A stretch of 64,000 nucleotides of DNA from Candidatus Undinarchaeota archaeon (GCA_964519305.1 CAZFHY010000004.1:1-64000); one strand, 5' to 3'; counted from the first letter of the stretch, positions 28,761 to 38,467 are shown. Numbers and translations are program-made. The notes: generated by a model from the letters alone, not told the origin.

Positions 28761-31700
28761 TTACAACACTGATGACGTCCAGCTCGTCATAACCTGTGAC
28801 CACCCTCCCGGCTGTCACGGCAACGTCCGTGCCCACACCAAGGTTAAGCGTGAGCTCCGATACGACGGTGAGGTTGAAGCCGAACCATGCCGAGCCTCCG
28901 GGCGACACTGTCCTGGACACCTCGCCCCCGGGTTCCAGCCATGTGACACGGGCACTGGCCTCGTCCGCCGTCGTGAACGACCAGCGGCGGTCCAGGTGGA
29001 CGCGGTCGAACGGGTCTACGAGACCTCTGACGTGGAGTGTGACGTTCTCCCCGTACGGGAGCATCCCTTCGAGGTCGAGGAGGAGGATGCCGTCGGTATT
29101 AAACCGGTGGCCAATGGCGCTCGTCCGGCCACCAACGGTCACGGTCGCGGTGATGTCCTCGGGATCCACGTCCTTCCCCGTGAGCTCCCGGTAATCCTCG
29201 AGGAAGCCCTCTGCAAGGACGACACGGGCCTCGGACAGAGCGGGGTGGACGTCAAGTGCGTCGTTGACGGGATGGACGCCGGTCACGGATTCTCCAAGGT
29301 CGGGAGGGTCCACGAACCCGCGCGAACCGTCTGGCTGGTACGCCCAGTCGAACTCCACGGAGTGGAGCTCCCTCACCCCGATCAGCGCGTAGGTGCCCGT
29401 ATCGGTCAGGACAGCGTAGACCTTCCCCGGTGTGGCGGGGACCGGTGTGCGAGTGTAGCCGGTCTCGGGCACGATCTCGACCTCACCGAACGGCAGGTCC
29501 AGCTCGATGAAGCCCTTCATCCCCCCGGGGAGTATGTTCTTACCATCGTACGCGATGGCCCCCGAGAGCTCATCCAGGGGCACACCCGAGGCGTTGACCA
29601 CCGCGCCCCTCGAGAGCACGAACACCTCGCCCGTCTCCTGGAAGGTGTGGATTGTAGCGTCGCCCGTAGCCCGCTCCACGATGGCAGGCAACGCCTCGAT
29701 CACCTCTTGACGGACGCACCCTTCTCCCTTCAGGACGTAGAGATCGGCCAAGGAGGGGGTGCTGGAGCAGTCCTCGCGCACGGCCAAGGTGACCGGGCCC
29801 ATCGTGAGCATCTCCTCGAGACCGCCCGCACGAACGGCGGCGTATCCGGCAGCGAACTCCTCGATGTCCCCTTCCCTGCCCTGGACGAGGAAGCGTACGA
29901 CGTCACCGTCGTCCGTGACGTTTGTGAGCGTTATGTTGATACCACAGAAATCCCGTAGCTCTCCGAGGTTGAACCGTGCCTTCATCTCCCGGGACGAGAA
30001 GCTGCCCGGTAGGCATTCGCCAGTGCGGAGAACGACCGGGAGCGTCCTGCTCACGCTCTTCTGCTTTCCGTCGGCGATGAACGACGCCGTGATCTCGATC
30101 CCTGCTCTCGCCTCATAGCACATACCCTCGACTACCTTCGCGGTGAACGTCAGTGGGAGCGGCGTCAGTGCCTTCATGACGCCCCCGATGCCAAGGTCGA
30201 CCTCACCGCCCACCTGGGGCACCGTGCGCTCATCCTCCACTACCGTGAGCACTGCATGTGGTGAACTGGCCGTGACCTTGACGTCCCGGACGATGTCGCC
30301 CTGAGGGGTGAGCGAGCAGATGAACGGCAGTTCGCCGGGTGTGTCCAGGGCGATCTCCTCATCTATACAGGTGATGGTCAGCGTCGTCTCTACCGGGACG
30401 TCCCTCGATTCACAGCTGCAGTCCACCGGGCACAGGGTGCAGGATTCGCCTTTATCGGTCTCACAATCACCGTTACCGCACCTGAGAACGATGCTCACGA
30501 CGTTGTTGGCGTTGGCCAGGACCAAGCCGTCCGCCGTCACGGCCCGTGCGTAGCAGTAGACCGTGTCACCCTGATCGCAGCCATTGGTCGCACAGGAGAA
30601 CTCGTTGGACGACGACCAGTCCTTGAGCGTTCCCGAGTTAGTGTCGTTGAAAAGGTACTGGTAGGTGATCTCATCGTCGTCAGCATCGGTCGAGGTCGTG
30701 TCGAGGTTGCACTTGAACAGGCCATCGGTGTCGATCTGGGTGTCGTTGACCGAGATCCCGGGGATAGTGGGGAGCGAGTTGGCGATAGTGAGGAGTATCT
30801 TCACCGCTGATGAGTTGAGCAGTGGCGTCGTGGCCTTGGCCCAGCACATCAGCTCGTCGTTCTTGTCGCATCCAGCCTTACCACAATCATAGGAATAGGA
30901 GGTGCTCCAGTCCTGGAGCGTGGTGCCGCTCGTGTCGTTGAACTTGTAGTAGTAGGTGATCGGGTCGTTGCCGGGGTCGGTGGCCGCGCTGCTGATGGAG
31001 CAGTTCACCCAGTCATCGGTGCGCACCGTCGTCGCGTTGAACGCGGTGCTCGGGGAAGTGGGAGGGAGGTTCACCTCGAACGGGATGTCGAAGTTCACTC
31101 CGGCACCATCGTGGTCGTTCCCGCTCCCGTCCCGGCACGATACGTGGGCCTTGAGCCCGGCCTTGTCCATTAACGATGGCATCTGGCAGGTGTGGGAGGT
31201 CCCGTCGGCCGATGAGCAGGCGACATCGTCGGACAGGCCGTCGTACCCCTCGTCCTCCAGACCGACGCGACAGGATGATCCTTCGGTCGTGCCGATGACG
31301 ATGGCGGGCGTCGCATCCGTGGTGTACAGAGGTACCGTCGTGTCCCCGCCAAGAGAGGTCAGCGAGATCGCAGGCGAGACGACGTCCGCCGCCCACCAAG
31401 CGAGCTCCGTGGTCGCGGGGGACGATCCCAGGATGTCCTGCGTCCCGTCACCGTCCATGTCCCCGCTCTCGACGTGGAGCCCGGAGGGGCTCACGTACAG
31501 CCCGTCGACACGATGGCGTGTCCAGCCGCTGCCGGTGTTCTCGAGCCAGAGCACCCCGTCAAGAAGGCAGCCGACCAGCACGTCGAGGTCGCTGTCACCG
31601 TCCATATCGATAACCTTCAACGAGTAGACGGTGCTCAGCCCCGTGTCGATATCCTGACGGGCCCAGGACGTGCCGTTGGACGAGCCGGCCCACCACACTA

Positions 31701-33255
31701 CGCCGCCCCGGTAGCCCACGACATCTGTATCACCGTCGCCGTCCAGGTCGCCGGCACCGATGCCGCTGCCCGTCACACCGGTGTCGATTGCGTGCTCGGC
31801 CCACTCATTGTTGTCGAACCATGAGAGCTTGTCCCCATTGGTGTCCACCGCCACGACATCACGGTCGCCATCGCCGTCCACGTCGATGGGGGGCGCTATA
31901 CCGGGCTTGCCGAAGGGATCAGCAACGGTCCCGGGCGTCCAGCTGGAACCGTCACCGCTACCACCACCGTCGCCGTTGCGGTACCATAGGATCTTACCAC
32001 TGGCACGGCTGGCGGCCACCACGTCCAGGTCATCGTCACCGTCCATGTCGGCCGCATGGACCTCTACGTACCCCGTGGCACCGGTGCCTAGGTTGGTGTC
32101 GATGTCGGCCTTCGTCCATGCCGAGCCGTCGCCCGCCGTGTTCTTGTACCACGTCACCGTCCACTTCGACCCGATCGTCCAGTAGATGGACGCAAGGACA
32201 TCATTGTCGCCATCTCCGTCGAGGTTCGCGGACTCCACGGCGTATCCGGCAGCGGTCTCGGAATCCTCGATCGCGCGTTTCGTCCAGCTCCCTTCTTCCA
32301 ACTCGTACCATGATACGGTATCGCTGGCACCCGCGACAGCGACTAGGTCCATCACAGCGTCGCCGTTGACCTTCGCCGCGTCCAGGTCCGCCGTGGTGCC
32401 GATATCGGAGTTTATCGAGCTCTTGGTCCAGCTGGCACAGTACCCCTGTCCATTCTGCCCGTTCTGGTACAGCTCCTTCACCTCGTAGGCCTCCAGCGCC
32501 CGGTTGAACACGGCGACCTCGTCGATGGTCCCCTTGAAGGCGCCGATCGTGTCGCCTGTCTCGGAGACGCCGATGAGGAACGTGCCGGCCCCGGTATCGA
32601 GGTTGCCGGTGGCCTCGCCTATGATACGCTGCTGTCCATCGACGTACAGCGCCTTGTGGGTCCCGTTGTAGGTGGCGGCGAGATGGTACCACGTCCCGGT
32701 GCTGAGCGCCGAGTTCCATATCAGGTTGACATTGCTCGGACCGTTCGTGGTGCGGAAGACGGGTTTCATGAACGAATCGATATAGAGGGCATAGGCGTCC
32801 TGGTCCCCCGATGTCCTGCGGTTGAGGACCCAGAATGTCTGCTCGATGGGGGCGACAGGCATGAATATCCACGCGGCAACGGACACGGCCGAGGACAGGA
32901 CCAGCGAGCCGCCGGCGCCACAGTTGATGTACCGGTTCACACCGTTGAACGTCAGGGAGCCACCCACCTTGCCGCTGCCCGACCAGACGGGACCGTTCAC
33001 CAGCGTACCGTTGTTTGCCCCGACCGAGTCATACCCCTGTTTCCACTGGGTATCGAACGTCCAGTAGCTGACAATACCGCACGAAGCGGACGGTGCCGTG
33101 CCGAGATGCGCGATGAGGGCGAGGACGAGGAACAGTGTCAGGCGGAAGCTCGCGTGGTGTCGTGCAAGGGACACGTAGGTCGGTCCCGTGACGTCCTGCC
33201 CATCGCTCCTCCCTCTGTTGACCATACCCCTTCTCCTACCGGTATCCTGGCCCAT
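28708..33255 (-). CDS. Giant surface protein, N-terminal part (signal peptide, LamG, FG-GAP/VCBS repeats, Ig-like and Cys-rich modules, QPDGS domain)
   Basis: LamG WYHLAATY...LYVDG...F.G.IDEV; about 7 DxDGDGDxD repeats; CGNG.CE...ESC..CP.DC. Likely start 33225. Frameshifted at its 3' end. Confidence 0.88.
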   Translation of the reverse strand: MGQDTGRRRGMVNRGRSDGQDVTGPTYVSLARHHASFRLTLFLVLALIAHLGTAPSASCGIVSYWTFDTQWKQGYDSVGANNGTLVNGPVWSGSGKVGGSLTFNGVNRYINCGAGGSLVLSSAVSVAAWIFMPVAPIEQTFWVLNRRTSGDQDAYALYIDSFMKPVFRTTNGPSNVNLIWNSALSTGTWYHLAATYNGTHKALYVDGQQRIIGEATGNLDTGAGTFLIGVSETGDTIGAFKGTIDEVAVFNRALEAYEVKELYQNGQNGQGYCASWTKSSINSDIGTTADLDAAKVNGDAVMDLVAVAGASDTVSWYELEEGSWTKRAIEDSETAAGYAVESANLDGDGDNDVLASIYWTIGSKWTVTWYKNTAGDGSAWTKADIDTNLGTGATGYVEVHAADMDGDDDLDVVAASRASGKILWYRNGDGGGSGDGSSWTPGTVADPFGKPGIAPPIDVDGDGDRDVVAVDTNGDKLSWFDNNEWAEHAIDTGVTGSGIGAGDLDGDGDTDVVGYRGGVVWWAGSSNGTSWARQDIDTGLSTVYSLKVIDMDGDSDLDVLVGCLLDGVLWLENTGSGWTRHRVDGLYVSPSGLHVESGDMDGDGTQDILGSSPATTELAWWAADVVSPAISLTSLGGDTTVPLYTTDATPAIVIGTTEGSSCRVGLEDEGYDGLSDDVACSSADGTSHTCQMPSLMDKAGLKAHVSCRDGSGNDHDGAGVNFDIPFEVNLPPTSPSTAFNATTVRTDDWVNCSISSAATDPGNDPITYYYKFNDTSGTTLQDWSTSYSYDCGKAGCDKNDELMCWAKATTPLLNSSAVKILLTIANSLPTIPGISVNDTQIDTDGLFKCNLDTTSTDADDDEITYQYLFNDTNSGTLKDWSSSNEFSCATNGCDQGDTVYCYARAVTADGLVLANANNVVSIVLRCGNGDCETDKGESCTLCPVDCSCESRDVPVETTLTITCIDEEIALDTPGELPFICSLTPQGDIVRDVKVTASSPHAVLTVVEDERTVPQVGGEVDLGIGGVMKALTPLPLTFTAKVVEGMCYEARAGIEITASFIADGKQKSVSRTLPVVLRTGECLPGSFSSREMKARFNLGELRDFCGINITLTNVTDDGDVVRFLVQGREGDIEEFAAGYAAVRAGGLEEMLTMGPVTLAVREDCSSTPSLADLYVLKGEGCVRQEVIEALPAIVERATGDATIHTFQETGEVFVLSRGAVVNASGVPLDELSGAIAYDGKNILPGGMKGFIELDLPFGEVEIVPETGYTRTPVPATPGKVYAVLTDTGTYALIGVRELHSVEFDWAYQPDGSRGFVDPPDLGESVTGVHPVNDALDVHPALSEARVVLAEGFLEDYRELTGKDVDPEDITATVTVGGRTSAIGHRFNTDGILLLDLEGMLPYGENVTLHVRGLVDPFDRVHLDRRWSFTTADEASARVTWLEPGGEVSRTVSPGGSAWFGFNLTVVSELTLNLGVGTDVAVTAGRVVTGYDELDVISVVRAGDGIARVRWRLQEVR

Positions 33256-33314
33256 GTGGCCAGGAGCACCGGTCCATCGGCCGGTCGCCCACGTAGCTAA
33301 GTGGGGCTTCGTTC

Positions 33315-36300
33315 TTACGATTTCTTCTTCCCCTTTCCCTTCGTGTCCTTCTTGGCCTCGGCCTTTGACGCGTCCTCCTCTTCCTTCGTGAGGACCTCGT
33401 CAGTCTCCTTGGCACCGAGCATCATATCAAGGACGGGTTCCACGACGCCCTTGAGGCCGGTGAGGCGCAGGAAGGACTCGGTGGCCTTGAACTCGTCAGG
33501 GCTCAGCGAGTGGATACCAGTGATCTCGTCGACGACTATGTGACCCTTCTCCACGAATCCGGGCATGTACTCCCCCGCCTTGCCATGCCCTGCCTTCCAG
33601 ATGACCTTGTCGAGGTCAGCTGCGGTGAGAGGCTGCTTGTAGAGCGTCAGGACGAGCTGATACCCGTCGGACACCTGCTTGGCTATGTCGGCGTTGGACG
33701 CGCGGTAGCGGTCTGCGAACAGGCTACCGAGCATGCACTCTCCGGCGAGTTCCGAGAACTTGTGTCTCGACAGTTCGGTGGCCAGCTTCTCCTCGAGGAA
33801 GTTCGTGAGCCTGCGCTTGACGGGGTCCACCAGCGGCTGTACCGCTTCGGCCTTCTCCACGTCCTCCTCCTTGAAGTACGCCGGCGGTTCATCGAACATA
33901 ACTCCCGCTTCTTCCTCCTCACCTTCTGCGGGCTTGCGCCACTTCGTCTGGTAGGTTTCCTTGATGTTCTTGATCGTACCAAGACCGACATCGCCGGTGA
34001 GACCGTCCAGCACGATCGAGATCTCGTTCTGGAGGTCGGAGGCCCTGACCCATCGGTGCATGAGCTGGTACTCCTCGGGCGTTATCGCGTAGATACCCGT
34101 CTCGGGATCCTGGTCCAGCACGCCCAGCGGCTCGATGAGCATATCGATGATGGGTTTGGCGTAATCCGTCTCTCCACCCCACATCGCCTTGGAGAGCTCC
34201 ACGGACGTCTGTGGTGAGCGGTACAAGATAAGGAGGATCTGGTTCGCGATGCGGTAGGTCTCGGCGAGGTCCTGCTTGTCCTCGGCCTCCATCTGCTCCG
34301 CTTGTGACAGGAGGGCGGGTGCTGCGCACTGCTTTGCTAGGTGTGCGACACCCTTGTCCACCATCTTGTCCTTGATCTTGTCCTGGACCTTGTTCATGGC
34401 CATGCCGTAGGCCTTCTTCTTAGCCAGGAAGGCGATACCCTGTCCACCGATGGACTGTACCGCCGATGCTGCCGCCGTGGCCGAGCCTGTCGAGGCTGCA
34501 ACGGCCGACGCGGTCCCCGCACCTGCCGCTGCTGCACCTGTGGCCGCGCTGCCTGCTGCTGCAGCACCTGTGGTCGCTGCGCTACCCGCTGCGGCCGAAC
34601 CAGCTGCTGTGGTCGTGGCTGCGCCCGCGGCACCTCCCGAGACGCTCGCGCCTGTTGCCATGGCGCTGGTGATGCTGGCCGTTGTGGCGCTCGCGGCACC
34701 TGCTGCGCTCGCTGCGCCAGCGGCTCCGGCCGCACCTGCTGCTCCGGCGGCCCCTGCCGCTCCGGCCGCACCAGCGGCTGCTGTGGCCGCACCCGCGGCA
34801 GCTGTCGCAGCAGCTCCGCCGCCGAGAACCTGGACGGCACCTGCGGCGACCGCTACGACGGCCGCGCCTGCTGCCGCGCTCTGGACGGGCTTCTCCTTCA
34901 CGGTCGTCACGGCCCTCTCGACGATCGTCTGCGGTTCCGGTGTCGGCTGTGGTGCCACCGACCGCGAACCGTCGGGCTGGTGGGTCCACTCGATCTCCAC
35001 GGATGGATTGAGCTGAAGGGTCGTTATGATACCGATGGCATAGGTACCCTTCTGTGTCTTTACCGCGAGCACCATTCCCTTGCGCAGGGTGAGGTTCGGT
35101 TGGTAACCGGTCTCGGGCACTTCCTTGACGTCCTCCACGGAGGTCGCGTCTAGCTCGAGCAGACCGGACTTGTCCGACCGTGCCTTTAGCGTGCCCCCCG
35201 GGAGCAGTTCGATATCGCCCGCACCCGGTTGTGCGTCCTCACCGTTCATGACACCGAGGGGCGCCAGTGTCAGCACCTGGCCGATACCGATCTTCGTGGT
35301 GAAGTGCTCCAGCCCGTGCTCGTCCACGGCAGGCGTGGGCATGGGCGTGGGCTCGGGCGTCGGTTCAGGGGTAGGTGTAGCTGTTGCGTTGGCGGTGGCA
35401 TTGGCTAGGACCTCGGGCATAACGGCCGGACCCTCGCACGTGCGATTGTCAAGGCAAGCACCTTCGGGGCAGTCATCGTCCGTGCAGCAGAGGTCGTCGG
35501 CGATGCACGCCTCACCGCACTCCTTGAAGTCGCTCGCGCACTGACAGGCGTCATTGACGCACTCCGCGTTCGCAGGACAGGTCACTCCACCACAGGCCAC
35601 TGTAGTGTCGGCCCGCAGGGCGTAGCGGAAGAATCCCTTCCATGCAGGATTGGACGCTACATTGATACCATAGGCACCAGCTGCGAGCTCAAGCTCCTCC
35701 ACACGCTCCTTGTCCCCGCCGGAGTCCATCTCCTTGACGACGTTGCCCTCGTTGTCGACGATGGTGGCCTTTGTCCATTTCCAGCCGGTGCCATGGGCAT
35801 CGCTGGCGTGGAAGGACACGCTGATCTTCGAGTCGGAGATGAGGATGAGACCGTAGAGATCAGTGTCGCACACGTCGCTCAGGGAAGTGCATGCAACAAC
35901 GCCCGTCTCCTCCTTGCCGAGGGCCAGGCTGGCCGCCGTGTCGGGTGTGCTCCCCGCCTCGTCGGTTAGGCACTCGGGGCAGGCGTCCGACTCAGACACG
36001 GTGAGGCTCACGTCAGCGCTCTCGGTCGCTGTTGTGGCGAGCCGCACAAGGTAGGTCCCAGGGATGAGCACCGTAAGAGCCTCCTCCTCGGTCGCGGTCA
36101 CCTCGACGATCGCGTCGGGCGACGTCACGTCCAGCACGAGCGAGGCCACGGGACCGGACATTGCGGCATCGACGGCGATGCTCACCTCTGTCGGAACGGT
36201 TAGATTGAAACCGTACCACGACACCTTCCCGGGTCCGGCCGTCGTTGTGACAGCGGTCCCGAGCTCGAGCCATGTGAGCGTCACCTTCTCCTTCTCGGCC

Positions 36301-37856
36301 GTAGTGAACCCCCACTTGTAGTCCAACAGGGTGTTGTCCCACGGGTCCTGGAAGCCCGTGATGTGGAGTTCGACCTCCTGCTCGGGATCGAGCCTCTGCG
36401 TCAGGTCGACGATGATAGTGGCGTTCTCGAAGTCGATGTCGTGGAGCACCTGGACCTCGACACCGTCCTCGAGGATGGTCGCCGTGATGTTCATGAAATG
36501 ACGGGCCATGACGGTGTTGTTGCCCATGAGGCCCATGTACAGGTCGAAGAAGGTCTTGTTGAGGATGAGATCCGCCCTTGTAAGGGCGTACGAAACGTTC
36601 ACCGCACCGTCCTCGGGGTCCTGTCCGACGAGGATATCTTCGGTATCGGGAACATCGAAGAAGTACCCCGTGCCATCGGGCTGGTAGGCCCACTTGAAGG
36701 TCATCGATTCGTTCGAGACCTCCTTGACAACGAGCTTCGCGTACTTCTCGTCCGCGGTCTGGAATATGTACACGGCCCCCGCTGTCGTGGGGACGTTCTT
36801 CCACTGGTAACCCGACGGTGTGGCGACACCCACTGAGTCGAAGTCATCCTCCTGTGCGAGCACGCCATTGATGCCGCCGATGCGGATATGGGTGCCGTTG
36901 AAGTTGAAGTCAGCTGCCAACCCCTCTACCTCGGGGAACCACGACTCGTACACAACGCCCTTTCTGAATATGAAGGCCTCGCCGGTACCGGAACCCTCGT
37001 GGTGCTTGATGGTCGAGGTCCTGAATGTTAGCTCCGTAAGGTCGCTGTACTTCTCTGTGAGCTCGTCCTTCCTGCAGGCGCCCGACTGGTTCACGTAGAT
37101 GTCGACCGAGGAGGGGAAGTTCAGGCAGTCATTGCGTACGAGGATCGCGATCTCTCCGACCTCGAACCGGTCCTCGAGACCGGACGAGCGGACAGCGTCG
37201 TAGTCCGCCATGAACACATCGGTCTGGCCGTCAGCGTCGAGCACGGAGAACTCCACTCGCGCGGTCCCCGATGTCCCGACGAACGTGACGTTGACACCGC
37301 AGAAGGTCACAGGCTCGTCCTTGTTGATACGGACCTTCTCCTCCTTTGATGTGGCCTTGATCTCAAGGGCAGGCTCGGCCGTAGGCTCAGGCGTGGCTTC
37401 GGCCGTCGGCGTGGGCGTGGCTTCGGCCGTCGGCTCGGCGGTCGCCACCAGCGTCCTGCTCCCATCGTCCTGGAGGACGAACTCGACATCGAGCATGTAG
37501 ACCATGTCGGTCGTATGGATCAGGAACTTCACGTAATTGTTCTCTGCAGTGCGGACGACGTAAACATGACCGTCAGCGATGGTAGCGCTTGCGGTGTATC
37601 CCGTGTCAGGCGCTTCGGTCACCGAGTCCAGAGTGACCTCGCCCATGTCGATGATGGACGAGTTCGTGAAGGTGCCCATATAGTGGAAGTAGACGTCACC
37701 GGCCCCTTCGACGTTGGTGTTCTCCGAGAAATCGAAGAAGAAGTTCTCCTCCATCTGTGAGCTCGTGGTCGTGAGGGCGGCGATCCCTGTGTGCATCAAG
37801 AGCACGGAAAGGACGACGATCATTTGGATGACCGGGGATTTGGAAAGCTCTACCAT
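33315..37856 (-). CDS. Intact giant paralog (~1513 aa): signal peptide, 3 QPDGS domains, Ig/PPC-like and Cys-rich modules, Ala-rich segment, 2 winged-helix-like repeats
   Basis: Collinear similarity to both ORFs at 22689-33255; GGTGA RBS before ATG 37856. Confidence 0.88.
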   Translation of the reverse strand: MVELSKSPVIQMIVVLSVLLMHTGIAALTTTSSQMEENFFFDFSENTNVEGAGDVYFHYMGTFTNSSIIDMGEVTLDSVTEAPDTGYTASATIADGHVYVVRTAENNYVKFLIHTTDMVYMLDVEFVLQDDGSRTLVATAEPTAEATPTPTAEATPEPTAEPALEIKATSKEEKVRINKDEPVTFCGVNVTFVGTSGTARVEFSVLDADGQTDVFMADYDAVRSSGLEDRFEVGEIAILVRNDCLNFPSSVDIYVNQSGACRKDELTEKYSDLTELTFRTSTIKHHEGSGTGEAFIFRKGVVYESWFPEVEGLAADFNFNGTHIRIGGINGVLAQEDDFDSVGVATPSGYQWKNVPTTAGAVYIFQTADEKYAKLVVKEVSNESMTFKWAYQPDGTGYFFDVPDTEDILVGQDPEDGAVNVSYALTRADLILNKTFFDLYMGLMGNNTVMARHFMNITATILEDGVEVQVLHDIDFENATIIVDLTQRLDPEQEVELHITGFQDPWDNTLLDYKWGFTTAEKEKVTLTWLELGTAVTTTAGPGKVSWYGFNLTVPTEVSIAVDAAMSGPVASLVLDVTSPDAIVEVTATEEEALTVLIPGTYLVRLATTATESADVSLTVSESDACPECLTDEAGSTPDTAASLALGKEETGVVACTSLSDVCDTDLYGLILISDSKISVSFHASDAHGTGWKWTKATIVDNEGNVVKEMDSGGDKERVEELELAAGAYGINVASNPAWKGFFRYALRADTTVACGGVTCPANAECVNDACQCASDFKECGEACIADDLCCTDDDCPEGACLDNRTCEGPAVMPEVLANATANATATPTPEPTPEPTPMPTPAVDEHGLEHFTTKIGIGQVLTLAPLGVMNGEDAQPGAGDIELLPGGTLKARSDKSGLLELDATSVEDVKEVPETGYQPNLTLRKGMVLAVKTQKGTYAIGIITTLQLNPSVEIEWTHQPDGSRSVAPQPTPEPQTIVERAVTTVKEKPVQSAAAGAAVVAVAAGAVQVLGGGAAATAAAGAATAAAGAAGAAGAAGAAGAAGAAGAASAAGAASATTASITSAMATGASVSGGAAGAATTTAAGSAAAGSAATTGAAAAGSAATGAAAAGAGTASAVAASTGSATAAASAVQSIGGQGIAFLAKKKAYGMAMNKVQDKIKDKMVDKGVAHLAKQCAAPALLSQAEQMEAEDKQDLAETYRIANQILLILYRSPQTSVELSKAMWGGETDYAKPIIDMLIEPLGVLDQDPETGIYAITPEEYQLMHRWVRASDLQNEISIVLDGLTGDVGLGTIKNIKETYQTKWRKPAEGEEEEAGVMFDEPPAYFKEEDVEKAEAVQPLVDPVKRRLTNFLEEKLATELSRHKFSELAGECMLGSLFADRYRASNADIAKQVSDGYQLVLTLYKQPLTAADLDKVIWKAGHGKAGEYMPGFVEKGHIVVDEITGIHSLSPDEFKATESFLRLTGLKGVVEPVLDMMLGAKETDEVLTKEEEDASKAEAKKDTKGKGKKKS

Positions 37857-38081
37857 ATTACATTCACCTGACAGGCCTTCTTGGCCCATCGGGGACCATT
37901 TAAATTCCTTTCTTTCGGGTGCATGCGGGCCGGGTGTGTCTTAGCTCCGTGATCAGTCCACGAGATAGGTCGGGATATGTACAGGGCAAGTAGGAACGAG
38001 AAGCAGGTGGATTCATGCGTGTTGATACGGCCGCTGCGCGCCCCGTTCGCCCAGAACGGGCTAGAATTACTTTTTTCCTAC

Positions 38082-38102
38082 GATTAATAAGCGTTATTAA
38101 TC
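38082..38102. promoter_or_regulatory. Perfect inverted repeat GATTAATAA-gcg-TTATTAATC, candidate operator
   Basis: Lies in the divergent intergenic region, ~28 bp upstream of a TTTTAAAA TATA box. Confidence 0.5.
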
Positions 38103-38162
38103 CGAGCGGGCGAACGAACCTGTCCGAAAGGTTTTAAAATCCCTGTTATCAACAACCATGAT

Positions 38163-38459
38163 ATGTCAGAGCACTCTGTGCCGCCGGGGAAGGAGTTCTA
38201 CTTCAAGACCCATGACAACCGCATAGTCGCAATCGCTCGCAGTCTCGAGGAGTTCCGTGACCTCCTAAGGGAGCTCCAGACGGAGGCCGTGCTCTTCCAT
38301 CTTCGGGACAACCGCAATGACTTCGAGAGCTGGGTGCGCGGCGCGGTGAAGGACGAATCCCTTGCCGACCAAATCAAGGCTATCAAGGAGCTCGACGGCG
38401 ATCCTGAGATGATCAAGGCCAAGCTGTGCCAGGCCGTGGACGGGAAGCTCGAGGTCTGA
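38163..38459 (+). CDS. DUF5752-like small protein
   Basis: FYF......A.SLEEF...L.......FH....NDF..WV....D..LA pattern. Confidence 0.75.
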   Translation: MSEHSVPPGKEFYFKTHDNRIVAIARSLEEFRDLLRELQTEAVLFHLRDNRNDFESWVRGAVKDESLADQIKAIKELDGDPEMIKAKLCQAVDGKLEV

Positions 38460-38467
38460 CGGTCCCG

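Noticed and set aside
28740-28765. Programmed ribosomal frameshift
   Set aside because: No slippery heptamer or homopolymer, and the break coincides with a missing ~190-codon block, which favours a deletion or misassembly.
28453-29958. 501-aa plus-strand ORF and many other long antisense ORFs
   Set aside because: Shadow frames of GC-rich genes on the opposite strand, with no motifs.
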